Part shown: one piece after another, positions 56,195-64,000 of the stretch | How the letters are laid out: every line of letters starts with the position of its first letter | Position numbering within the stretch: position 1 is the first letter of the stretch | IMG/VR virus record: IMGVR_UViG_3300035670_000018 | Span: 32,001 to 96,000 of that record | DNA from: a virus | Length of the DNA: 64,000 nucleotides | Reading direction: 5' to 3' (one strand) | Notes under the pieces: model-generated | What the model was told of the DNA's origin: nothing | The model's database searches: none | The model's input: the letters and a program-made list of their open reading frames with translations, nothing else | Position numbers and translations under genes: made by a program

Positions 56195-56249
56195 TGGCAC
56201 CGTATACTAACGAAGAAGCTGACTGGCTATCTGGCCAGTAACACTACAT

Positions 56250-56278
56250 ACTGAGGGAGACCATTCTCCCTCAGTTTT
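56250..56278 (+). terminator. Rho-independent terminator
   Basis: ACTGAGGGAGA-ccat-TCTCCCTCAGT followed by TTT. Confidence 0.8.
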
Positions 56279-56293
56279 CATTATGGAGAAACT

Positions 56294-57025
56294 GTGAATA
56301 TGAAACTCATTATTGAAAAGTCTGTCGTAGTCATCACGCCCACAATTGGTTCCCGAAAACTGAAAGACGCAATTCAAAGCGTTAAAAATCAAACTTATCA
56401 AAACATTGAACATCTAATTGTTGTTGATGGTCAGGAACATGAATTCACTGCTATGGATAATGGCGGTGCTCACCTATGTAAAATGCTTGTTCTTCCATAC
56501 AACACCGGCGCAAATGGCTTCTACGGTCATCGCATCTATGCTGGTATTCCTCATCTCGTCAACGCTGATTATGTGTTCTTCTTAGACGAAGACAACTGGT
56601 ATGAATCAGATCATGTTGCTTCACTTGTAGAGGTACTGGACAGAGGCAATGACTTTGCACATTCGCTTCGTAAGATTTATCATCCAGATAAGACATATGT
56701 GTGCGATGATAACTGCGAAGCACTTGGCAAGTGGCCAATCTATTTCTCACATAATGACCCACAGTATCTTGTAGATACATCCTCATTTGCATTCAATACC
56801 AAGTTCTTACAGAAGACTTGTCATCTCTGGCATTCTGGTTGGGGTGGTGATAGAAGATATCTATACTCTGTCATGCAGGGTGCAAAGTGGGATACAAATC
56901 GTAAGCATACATTATGCTATCGTCTTGATGGAAATCCAGGTTCAGTCAATGCTGATTTCTTTATCAAGGGCAATGAAGAGCAACTGAAACATTATAATGG
57001 AGAACTACCGTGGCTAAAGACTTAA
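56294..57025 (+). CDS. Glycosyltransferase family 2
   Basis: VVVITPT, SVKNQTY, IVVDG, FFLDEDN. Confidence 0.85.
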   Translation: MNMKLIIEKSVVVITPTIGSRKLKDAIQSVKNQTYQNIEHLIVVDGQEHEFTAMDNGGAHLCKMLVLPYNTGANGFYGHRIYAGIPHLVNADYVFFLDEDNWYESDHVASLVEVLDRGNDFAHSLRKIYHPDKTYVCDDNCEALGKWPIYFSHNDPQYLVDTSSFAFNTKFLQKTCHLWHSGWGGDRRYLYSVMQGAKWDTNRKHTLCYRLDGNPGSVNADFFIKGNEEQLKHYNGELPWLKT

Positions 57026-57900
57026 TCATAGGCGGCGCAGCAAACTACAAATACGATGATGTAAAATACTGGATCAACTCAATCAAGAAGTCTGGTTTTG
57101 ATGGTGATATTGTTCTCGTTGTCACAAACATAGCATTGACTGAACTAGAAAAGATTGCACAGAAGGGCGTCCAGATTCTTGCATACGGGCAGAAAGATGC
57201 AGATGGCAATTACTCATCTAACAGCAAGATGCCGCCTCATGTTGAGCGGTTCTTTCATATCTGGAACTTTCTGAATACGACAAAAGAAGAATACGATTTC
57301 GTCATCACAACGGACGTTCGTGACGTGGTATTTCAGCGCAATCCTGTAAACTTTCTAAGAGGCGACACTTTTACCGGCTTTGTTGCTGCTGGTGAAGGTC
57401 TTGCTTATGAAGATGAGCCGTGGGGTAATAACAACTATCTTCAAGCGTTTGGTCCATTTTTTCACAATATCATCAAGTCGAAAGAAATCTATAATGTTGG
57501 TGTGATGGCAGGAGAAATGTCTCTTGTTCGTGATATGCTGTTGATGATCCTACAGTTGAGCGTCAATCGTCCTATTCCTATCGTTGATCAGGCTGTCTAC
57601 AACTTCATCCTAAGTACAGACATTTTCAAGAATCGAACCGAATTCTTTGGAAACGACTCAGGTTGGACATGTAATCTAGGCACAACTCTTGCTGCTATTC
57701 AGTCTGGCTCTGGTGATATCGGACAGAGAAATGATCCTACATCTCAAATTATGTACCAGACGAAGTATCTAGCAAATCAACCTATCATCAAGAAAGATGG
57801 TACGGTATATAATAGCTATGACATGCCGTTCTATATTGTTCATCAGTATGACCGCGTTGCTGATCTAGCAGAAAAGATCAGGATCAAGTATAATGACTAA
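57010..57900 (+). CDS. Putative glycosyltransferase (GT-A, DxxD)
   Basis: ERF, TTDVRDVVFQRNP, YNVGV.AG, DQAVYN, IVHQYDR. Confidence 0.65.
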   Translation: MAKDLIIGGAANYKYDDVKYWINSIKKSGFDGDIVLVVTNIALTELEKIAQKGVQILAYGQKDADGNYSSNSKMPPHVERFFHIWNFLNTTKEEYDFVITTDVRDVVFQRNPVNFLRGDTFTGFVAAGEGLAYEDEPWGNNNYLQAFGPFFHNIIKSKEIYNVGVMAGEMSLVRDMLLMILQLSVNRPIPIVDQAVYNFILSTDIFKNRTEFFGNDSGWTCNLGTTLAAIQSGSGDIGQRNDPTSQIMYQTKYLANQPIIKKDGTVYNSYDMPFYIVHQYDRVADLAEKIRIKYND

Positions 57901-58762
57901 GCCAAAGTTGAAACTCGGATTCACAGACTACTACAAGACACTTGATGATTTCTTCATGAGTGTCTTGTCAATGTCTTTTGACATTGAACGAGATGATGTA
58001 AATCCGGACTATCTTATCTTCTGTGATGAAACATTTGGACAGAACAATAAGAACTTTGATCCAAACAAGACTGTAAAGATTTTCTTCACTGGCGAAAACA
58101 GACGACCATATCATTATCAAGCACATCATGCTATCTCATTTGATCACTTAGATGGACACCAGTTCTATCGTTTGCCTCTTTATGTCTTAGACAATTGGGT
58201 GCAGACTAAGAATGGTGTCCCTGATATGTTGGAAGAAAAAAGAAGCTATGTTCACTATGACGATAAAGAATGGTTCTGCGGATTTGTAGCATCTAATCCT
58301 GCTGGTGAATATCGCAATCACATCTTTCACAAATTAAATGAATATAAGCCAGTCATGTCTGGTGGACCTTTGTTCAATAATATTGGTAGTGTGTTGCCGC
58401 GTGATGTAAACTCTAAGATTGATTTCTTTCGTAAGTGTCGTTTCTCTTTGTGCTTTGAGAATAGTTCATGGCCAGGTTATTGTACCGAAAAGATAATGCA
58501 CGGCTTCATTGCTAGGACTGTTCCAATCTATTGGGGTTCACCAACTGTTTCTATGGATTTTCAAGAGGGATCATATATCTCTCGTCATGATTTTGTGAGT
58601 GACAATAGCTTCATTGATGCTATTATTCGCGTGGATCAAGACAAGAGTGTTTGGCAAATTATAGCAAATACTCATCCTCTTCCATATAATAACGATAAAT
58701 TTTGGAGCTTAGAACGCTTCAATAGATGGTTCTTAGAGAATGTTTATAGAGGTGAAAGATGA
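57893..58762 (+). CDS. Alpha-1,3/4-fucosyltransferase (GT10)
   Basis: KIFFTGEN, FVASN, K..F...CRFSLCFENS..PGYCTEKI...F....VPIYWG (GT10 motif). Confidence 0.88.
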   Translation: MTKPKLKLGFTDYYKTLDDFFMSVLSMSFDIERDDVNPDYLIFCDETFGQNNKNFDPNKTVKIFFTGENRRPYHYQAHHAISFDHLDGHQFYRLPLYVLDNWVQTKNGVPDMLEEKRSYVHYDDKEWFCGFVASNPAGEYRNHIFHKLNEYKPVMSGGPLFNNIGSVLPRDVNSKIDFFRKCRFSLCFENSSWPGYCTEKIMHGFIARTVPIYWGSPTVSMDFQEGSYISRHDFVSDNSFIDAIIRVDQDKSVWQIIANTHPLPYNNDKFWSLERFNRWFLENVYRGER

Positions 58763-59463
58763 AGATTGCTGTTTGTATCTCAGGTCAGCCTCGCGCGTAC
58801 AAGCAAGGCTATGAATATCTAAAGCGCAATCTGCTAGACAGGTATGACTGTGACATATTCATTCATTCGTGGTACAATAGTGTATATGACTCAAATGATG
58901 TTGTGAAGTTGTATAATCCAAAATCATATAAGTTTGATGCGCCTTTCTCAAAAGAGCCATTTGATTCCAAATACACGAATACACCGAATGCAAAAGGTTG
59001 GCCGCCTCATGCAACTGTGTCTATGTTCTATTCTGTCTTCCTGTCTTTGCTACTCAAAATCGAACATGAACTTGTGTTCAAAAGATATGATTGGATTGTA
59101 AAGACGCGCTTTGATTATGCACTGAATGGTGTTTTGCCTTTTGAGCAGTTAGATAAGACGAAGCTTTATATTCCAAACTGTCGTATGACACCGCTGAGAG
59201 ATTTTGGCAACGATCAGTTTGCTTTTGGTAGCAATGCTGTAATGACCGATTATATGTCTACATATCTACACATGGATCATTACTACAATGCTGATTGTGC
59301 TATGATTGGTGAAGACATGATGAGTGCGAATCTACATAGACATGGATTAGTTGGTGAAAGACTTGTTTATGTTGACATGAACAATCCATTTCCGCCAGGC
59401 CCATACAATGGAACACCTCACTCTCTTATTCGTGATGATATGGAACTATGGAAAAACTTTTAA
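58759..59463 (+). CDS. Putative glycosyltransferase-like protein
   Basis: KIAVCISGQPR, DIFIHSW, SMFYS, YD.IVKTRFD, NDQFAFG. Confidence 0.6.
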   Translation: MKIAVCISGQPRAYKQGYEYLKRNLLDRYDCDIFIHSWYNSVYDSNDVVKLYNPKSYKFDAPFSKEPFDSKYTNTPNAKGWPPHATVSMFYSVFLSLLLKIEHELVFKRYDWIVKTRFDYALNGVLPFEQLDKTKLYIPNCRMTPLRDFGNDQFAFGSNAVMTDYMSTYLHMDHYYNADCAMIGEDMMSANLHRHGLVGERLVYVDMNNPFPPGPYNGTPHSLIRDDMELWKNF

Positions 59464-60188
59464 AGAAACTCAAAGGTCATTCTGGCTCAACTGTTGCGTT
59501 GATGCAGGCCGATGACAATATGTTTGTCCGTAAGATTGAGAACGTTCAGCGTAACTATGAAAGGCTATCAGCCCTTATAGGATACGTTGACGTTCCTAAA
59601 ATCTATCACTATGATGGAACAATTCTTGACATGGAATATATTCATGGTACAGACATGAGAAACTACTTGCTCAACAATCCAATCAAAGACCTAAAAGAAT
59701 TTCTAGTGAACACAATATCAATGTTCGCTTCGAAATCTGTTGACAAAGACTATACTAACGTGTACAATGAGATGTTGTCATGGTTAGAAGATGGTATGTT
59801 TCCATTCACGAAAGATGAGTTGATTGCCAAGCTACCTAAGATACTGCCTAAGTCAGTATATCATGGTGATATGACACTAGAGAATATCATTTATTCCACA
59901 TCTGGTCGTTTCTACTTTATAGATGCTGTAACATTGAAGTATGATTCCTGGGTATTTGATATCGCAAAGATGAGACAAGATTTAGAATGTAAGTGGTTTC
60001 TTCGTCATGATCCTGTAATGCTAGATGTAAAGCTGCTCAACATTCAAGATCATATCCTGAAGAAGTTTCCTATAGCAAACGATGATTATTTTTTGATTCT
60101 CATGTTGCTTCGCGTCTATTTACATTGTGAGAAAGATACGCTAGAATACAATTTTATTATGAAGGAGATTAACAGACTATGGAAGTGA
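59448..60188 (+). CDS. APH/choline-kinase-like phosphotransferase
   Basis: LKGHSG, MEYI.G, YHGDMTLENI, FID, DIAK.RQDL. Confidence 0.75.
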   Translation: MEKLLKKLKGHSGSTVALMQADDNMFVRKIENVQRNYERLSALIGYVDVPKIYHYDGTILDMEYIHGTDMRNYLLNNPIKDLKEFLVNTISMFASKSVDKDYTNVYNEMLSWLEDGMFPFTKDELIAKLPKILPKSVYHGDMTLENIIYSTSGRFYFIDAVTLKYDSWVFDIAKMRQDLECKWFLRHDPVMLDVKLLNIQDHILKKFPIANDDYFLILMLLRVYLHCEKDTLEYNFIMKEINRLWK

Positions 60189-61213
60189 TTGTACCAGCCG
60201 CTGGTCTTTCTACCAGATTTCCAAATGTAAAGCCAAAGTATCTACACTTTGGATATGATAACAAGATGATGCTTGTGAAGGCAGTTGAACCTTACATCGG
60301 CAAGCATGATATTACGGTTGTTATTCTACAGGAACATGTTGAGAAGTATAATGCACTTGAATTTGTTCGTAATGAACTTCCTGGTGCGTATATTATCATT
60401 GTCGATAAGCCAACAAAGGGTCCTGCCCAGACAGTACAGATTGCTATCAATGATATCAAGTTGACAAAGAAACATGATTTTCCAATTCTTGTGAAGGACT
60501 GTGATTCCTTTTTCGATCATCAAGTGAGTGGTGGCAACTATATCTGTACATCAAACATTTCAGACCATGAACGATTGAATAAGCTTGCCTCTAAGAGCTT
60601 TGTGAAGTATAATGATCAAAGTGTTATTACCGATATCATTGAGAAGAAGGTTGTATCCGATTCTTTCTGTGTCGGCGCTTATCGTTTTGAGTCTGCCGAA
60701 GACTATCTCGCAACATATGATGCCATCAAAGACCGCAATGGTGAATTGTTTGTATCCCATATTATTCAGCATATGTTAGCTAATGGCAGAATCTTTACCA
60801 AGAAGGATGTCACTAACTACGTTGACGTTGGCACTGCTGATGACTGGCATAGGTACAATGACATGCCTGTTATCTTCTGTGACATTGATGGCACTCTTGT
60901 CAAGGCACAGTCTCGCTATGGCAAGAATAAATATGGCACTGTTCCTGAAGTTCTAGAAGAGAATGTGAAGCGTATTCGTGAATATCATGACAAAGGATGT
61001 CAAATTTTCTTCACAACGGCCAGACCTCACATTTATCGTGAACAGACAGACAGGATGCTTCGTGATCTTGGCTTTATAAATTTCGAACTTATAACTGGTC
61101 TATATAATGCTAGACGGGTATTGATCAACGATTACAATACATCTAATCCGTACCCGCGCGCAGAAGCAATAAATATCTACCGTGATCATGATAACTTGAA
61201 GGATTTTCTATGA
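60179..61213 (+). CDS. Nucleotidyltransferase-HAD phosphatase fusion
   Basis: N-terminal [10 protein letters not shown]...KP, DCD, DVGT; C-terminal [18 protein letters not shown]. Confidence 0.8.
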   Translation: MEVIVPAAGLSTRFPNVKPKYLHFGYDNKMMLVKAVEPYIGKHDITVVILQEHVEKYNALEFVRNELPGAYIIIVDKPTKGPAQTVQIAINDIKLTKKHDFPILVKDCDSFFDHQVSGGNYICTSNISDHERLNKLASKSFVKYNDQSVITDIIEKKVVSDSFCVGAYRFESAEDYLATYDAIKDRNGELFVSHIIQHMLANGRIFTKKDVTNYVDVGTADDWHRYNDMPVIFCDIDGTLVKAQSRYGKNKYGTVPEVLEENVKRIREYHDKGCQIFFTTARPHIYREQTDRMLRDLGFINFELITGLYNARRVLINDYNTSNPYPRAEAINIYRDHDNLKDFL

Positions 61214-62211
61214 GATTTGTGGCATTAATTACAGGCATTACAGGACAAGACGGATCATATCTGGCCGAATTGCTCCTTGAAAAAGGTTATGAAGTACATG
61301 GCATTGTTCGCAGATCCAGTTCTATCAATACTGATCGCATCGACCATATTTACCCTCGTATTAATCTACACTACGGGGATTTGACAGATAGTTCATCACT
61401 CATTCGACTAATTCAGGAAATCAGACCAACCGAGATTTATAATCTTGCGGCACAATCACATGTGAAAGTGTCATTTGAGATTCCTGAATACACCGGACAA
61501 GTAGACGCACTTGGCACTCTGAGAATATTGGAAGCTGTGCGTCTACTTGGCATGGAAAAAGACGTTCGTATCTATCAAGCGTCTACATCTGAACTCTATG
61601 GGCTTGTGCAAGAAACACCACAGTCAGAAACAACTCCATTTTATCCTCGCTCACCATATGGTGTTGCGAAGCTATATGGCTTTTGGATTGTGAAGAACTA
61701 TCGTGAAGCATATAATATGCATTGTTCATCCGGCATTCTGTTCAACCATGAAAGTCCTCGCCGTGGTGAAACATTTGTGACACGAAAGATTGTTCGTGGA
61801 CTATCGCGCATCTCTACTGGTTATCAATCTTGTTTAGAATTAGGTAATTTAAATGCTAAGAGAGATTGGGGACATGCTAAGGATTTTGTTGAAGCAATGT
61901 GGCTAATGCTACAAGAGCCAGAACCAGATGATTATGTGATTGCAACAGGTGAACAATATTCAGTGAAGCAGTTTGTAGAGACCGCTGCTCCTTATTTTGG
62001 CATTCGCATCAAGTGGGAAGGCGAAGGTTTAAATGAAGTTGGTGTAGATCAAGATGGTATTGTTCGTATTCGTGTGAATGAACGTTATTTCCGTCCTGCT
62101 GAAGTTGAAACGCTGCTTGGTAATCCTGAGAAAGCCAAGAAGAAGCTTGGTTGGCGTCCTAAGTTTACATTTGAAAAGCTTGTAGAGGATATGTGTATCA
62201 ATGGACAGTAA
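61210..62211 (+). CDS. gmd: GDP-mannose 4,6-dehydratase
   Basis: [52 protein letters not shown]. Confidence 0.97.
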   Translation: MRFVALITGITGQDGSYLAELLLEKGYEVHGIVRRSSSINTDRIDHIYPRINLHYGDLTDSSSLIRLIQEIRPTEIYNLAAQSHVKVSFEIPEYTGQVDALGTLRILEAVRLLGMEKDVRIYQASTSELYGLVQETPQSETTPFYPRSPYGVAKLYGFWIVKNYREAYNMHCSSGILFNHESPRRGETFVTRKIVRGLSRISTGYQSCLELGNLNAKRDWGHAKDFVEAMWLMLQEPEPDDYVIATGEQYSVKQFVETAAPYFGIRIKWEGEGLNEVGVDQDGIVRIRVNERYFRPAEVETLLGNPEKAKKKLGWRPKFTFEKLVEDMCINGQ

Positions 62212-63139
62212 TAGTAAAATCTATGTTGCAGGACATAAAGGTCTTGTTGGCTCTGCACTCATTCGTCAGTTGCAGAAGCAGGGTTATATGAATATCCAAG
62301 TGAGTGATAATTTAGACCTTAGAAATCAGAGAGATGTTAACACATGGTTTAACAATCATAAGCCTGAGTATGTGTTTCTTGCTGCTGCTAAGGTCGGTGG
62401 TATCGGCTTTAACAAAACATATCCAGCAGACTTCATTCGTGATAATCTACTCATTCAAACGAATGTCATTGATGCTGCTAACTGGTACGGAACAAGAAAG
62501 CTAATGTTTTTAGGTACAGCCTGTATCTATCCTAAACATGCACCTGTGCCGATCAAAGAAGAATACTTGATGACTGGTCCGCTAGAAGAGACTAACATTG
62601 GTTATGCTCTAGCGAAGATTGCCGGTCTTACCATGTGCCAGAAGTACACTGAGCAGTATAGTATGAAAACTGTTTCCGTCATGCCAAATAATCTCTATGG
62701 CATTTTCGATAATTTCAGACTGAATGAATGTCATGTTATTCCTGCATTCATCAATCGATTTATCCACGCGAAAGAAAAGGGTTTGTCGCAAGTGGTGTGC
62801 TTTGGTGACGGTACGCCTACGCGCGAGTTTCTTTTTGCCGATGATTTGGCTGACGGACTAATTTTTCTAATGAACAATTACGATGACCCAAAGCCAATCA
62901 ACATTGGACCAAATCGTGAAGTGTCAATTCGTTATCTGTCTGAGTTGATTGCATCGCTTGTTGGTTATACAGGCGATATCATCTGGGATACCGCACAACC
63001 AAATGGCACACCAAGACGCGCTCTAGATACTAGCAAGATGGATGCACTTGGTTGGAAAGCCAAGACTTCACTTGAAGATGGTTTGAAGGTTACGATTGAT
63101 TGGTTCTTAGAGAATAGGAAAACATATGACCGAGTATAA
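62201..63139 (+). CDS. fcl: GDP-L-fucose synthase / ColC-like epimerase-reductase
   Basis: [46 protein letters not shown]. Confidence 0.92.
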   Translation: MDSNSKIYVAGHKGLVGSALIRQLQKQGYMNIQVSDNLDLRNQRDVNTWFNNHKPEYVFLAAAKVGGIGFNKTYPADFIRDNLLIQTNVIDAANWYGTRKLMFLGTACIYPKHAPVPIKEEYLMTGPLEETNIGYALAKIAGLTMCQKYTEQYSMKTVSVMPNNLYGIFDNFRLNECHVIPAFINRFIHAKEKGLSQVVCFGDGTPTREFLFADDLADGLIFLMNNYDDPKPINIGPNREVSIRYLSELIASLVGYTGDIIWDTAQPNGTPRRALDTSKMDALGWKAKTSLEDGLKVTIDWFLENRKTYDRV

Positions 63140-64000
63140 TTGGCCATTGATGAAAGACACACTGACTTGGAGTGATCGCTTCAAGTTGGCCAAATTTGTA
63201 ATGACTGCTGGTCGTTTCACTCAAGGCAAGAAAGTTGAAGAGTTTGAAGAGGCTTGGTCTAATTGGCTAGGTGTAGAACATTCGTTGTTTGTCACATCTG
63301 GTAGTACTGCAAATTTCTTGTTGCTTGATGCAGTCAAGGAAATGTACTTTAAGAAAAAGAAGAAGATCAAGGTGCTAGTGCCCGCTTGCACATGGGTGAC
63401 TAACGTCAATCCGGTGTTTCAGCTTGGTATGGAACCAATCTTCTGTGATATCAATCTGTACGACTACAGCTTTGACCTTGTAGAAGCTGAAAAGATTTCA
63501 AAGAAACATGAAATTGATATTGTGTTCACAACACATCTTCTTGGTTTACCTGCTTCTGTTAGCTTGTTGAGAAGCATGTTTTTTAAAGCTGTTATGATTG
63601 AGGATGTATGTGAAAGTCATGGCGCAGAGAATGTCTCTGGTAAAGTTGGATCAAAGTATGATGGTTCAACATTCAGCTTCTACTTTGGTCATCATATGTC
63701 TACCGTTGAAGGTGGTATGGTCAGCACAAACAATAGTCAACTCTATACAATGATGAAGATGAAGCGTTCTCATGGTATGTCCAGAGTGATTGATGATCCA
63801 CAAGTATTCAACGATCTGTTTCCTGACATTGATCCGCAGTTTCTATTTGTGACTGCCGGGTATAACTTCCGAAACACTGAATTAGGTGCTGTACTTGGTC
63901 TTTCACAGTTGAAGAGACTGGATCAATTCATTGATATAAGAAGAAAGAATTTTGACCGATATCATAAGATCATTCGTGACAGAAATGATATCTTTCACAT
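63126..64000 (+). CDS. PLP-dependent DegT/DnrJ-family enzyme, ColD-like 3-dehydratase (3'-truncated by window edge)
   Basis: Manual translation: [11 protein letters not shown]...V..FE, SGSTAN, EDVCESHGA, SFYFGHHMSTVEGG (His in place of the Schiff-base Lys), RSHG, GYNFR. Confidence 0.85.
   Translation, partial: MTEYNWPLMKDTLTWSDRFKLAKFVMTAGRFTQGKKVEEFEEAWSNWLGVEHSLFVTSGSTANFLLLDAVKEMYFKKKKKIKVLVPACTWVTNVNPVFQLGMEPIFCDINLYDYSFDLVEAEKISKKHEIDIVFTTHLLGLPASVSLLRSMFFKAVMIEDVCESHGAENVSGKVGSKYDGSTFSFYFGHHMSTVEGGMVSTNNSQLYTMMKMKRSHGMSRVIDDPQVFNDLFPDIDPQFLFVTAGYNFRNTELGAVLGLSQLKRLDQFIDIRRKNFDRYHKIIRDRNDIFH

Noticed and set aside
1-64000. Alternative genetic code, tRNA genes, integrase
   Set aside because: Core genes are full-length in the standard code and use TAA, TAG and TGA stops. 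No tRNA cloverleaf or integrase was recognised by eye; a tRNAscan run would be needed to exclude tRNAs formally.

Overview
This window is a contiguous, almost entirely + strand, 64-kb segment of a large T4-like (Tevenvirinae/Kyanoviridae-type) myophage genome read in the standard genetic code. The host is probably a proteobacterium, possibly an alphaproteobacterium (inference). Gene order: (1) 1-15.35 kb, an array of modular tail-fibre/appendage genes (A-N-x-A heptad repeats, Gly-rich, LamG, Mtd_N-like, DUF4376, chaperones); (2) 15.4-33.2 kb, the T4 core morphogenesis module (gp13-gp23, gp3) with an ADP-ribosyltransferase after the portal and free-standing GIY-YIG endonucleases; (3) 33.2-43.5 kb, uvsY, uvsW, gp55, gp47, gp46, further homing-endonuclease-like ORFs and a small protein/FkbM methyltransferase/GREB1-TAGT-like glycosyltransferase cluster; (4) 43.5-47.8 kb, a GC-richer block under consensus sigma70 promoters (CobT-like vWA protein, CobS/MoxR AAA+ ATPase, HTH); (5) 47.9-56.3 kb, dNMP kinase, gp45, DsbA-like, gp44, an R-M-like pair, gp62, regA, dUTPase, PAAR, Hsp20; (6) 56.3-64 kb, a glycan biosynthesis cluster (GT2, GT10 fucosyltransferase, kinase, nucleotidyltransferase-HAD, gmd, fcl/colC-like, ColD-like). 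Strongest leads: a phage fucose/colitose glycosylation pathway alongside Ala-Asn-rich virion proteins; a candidate DNA sugar-hypermodification module; a synonymous duplication of the uvsW 3' end bracketing an HNH gene; a terminase-small-subunit N-terminal motif (SEALGIE) reused in two selfish-looking ORFs; and several cis-regulatory RNAs (ROSE-like thermometer, pseudoknot, RBS-sequestering late-promoter hairpins). All product calls come from motif recognition and T4 synteny, not database searches.
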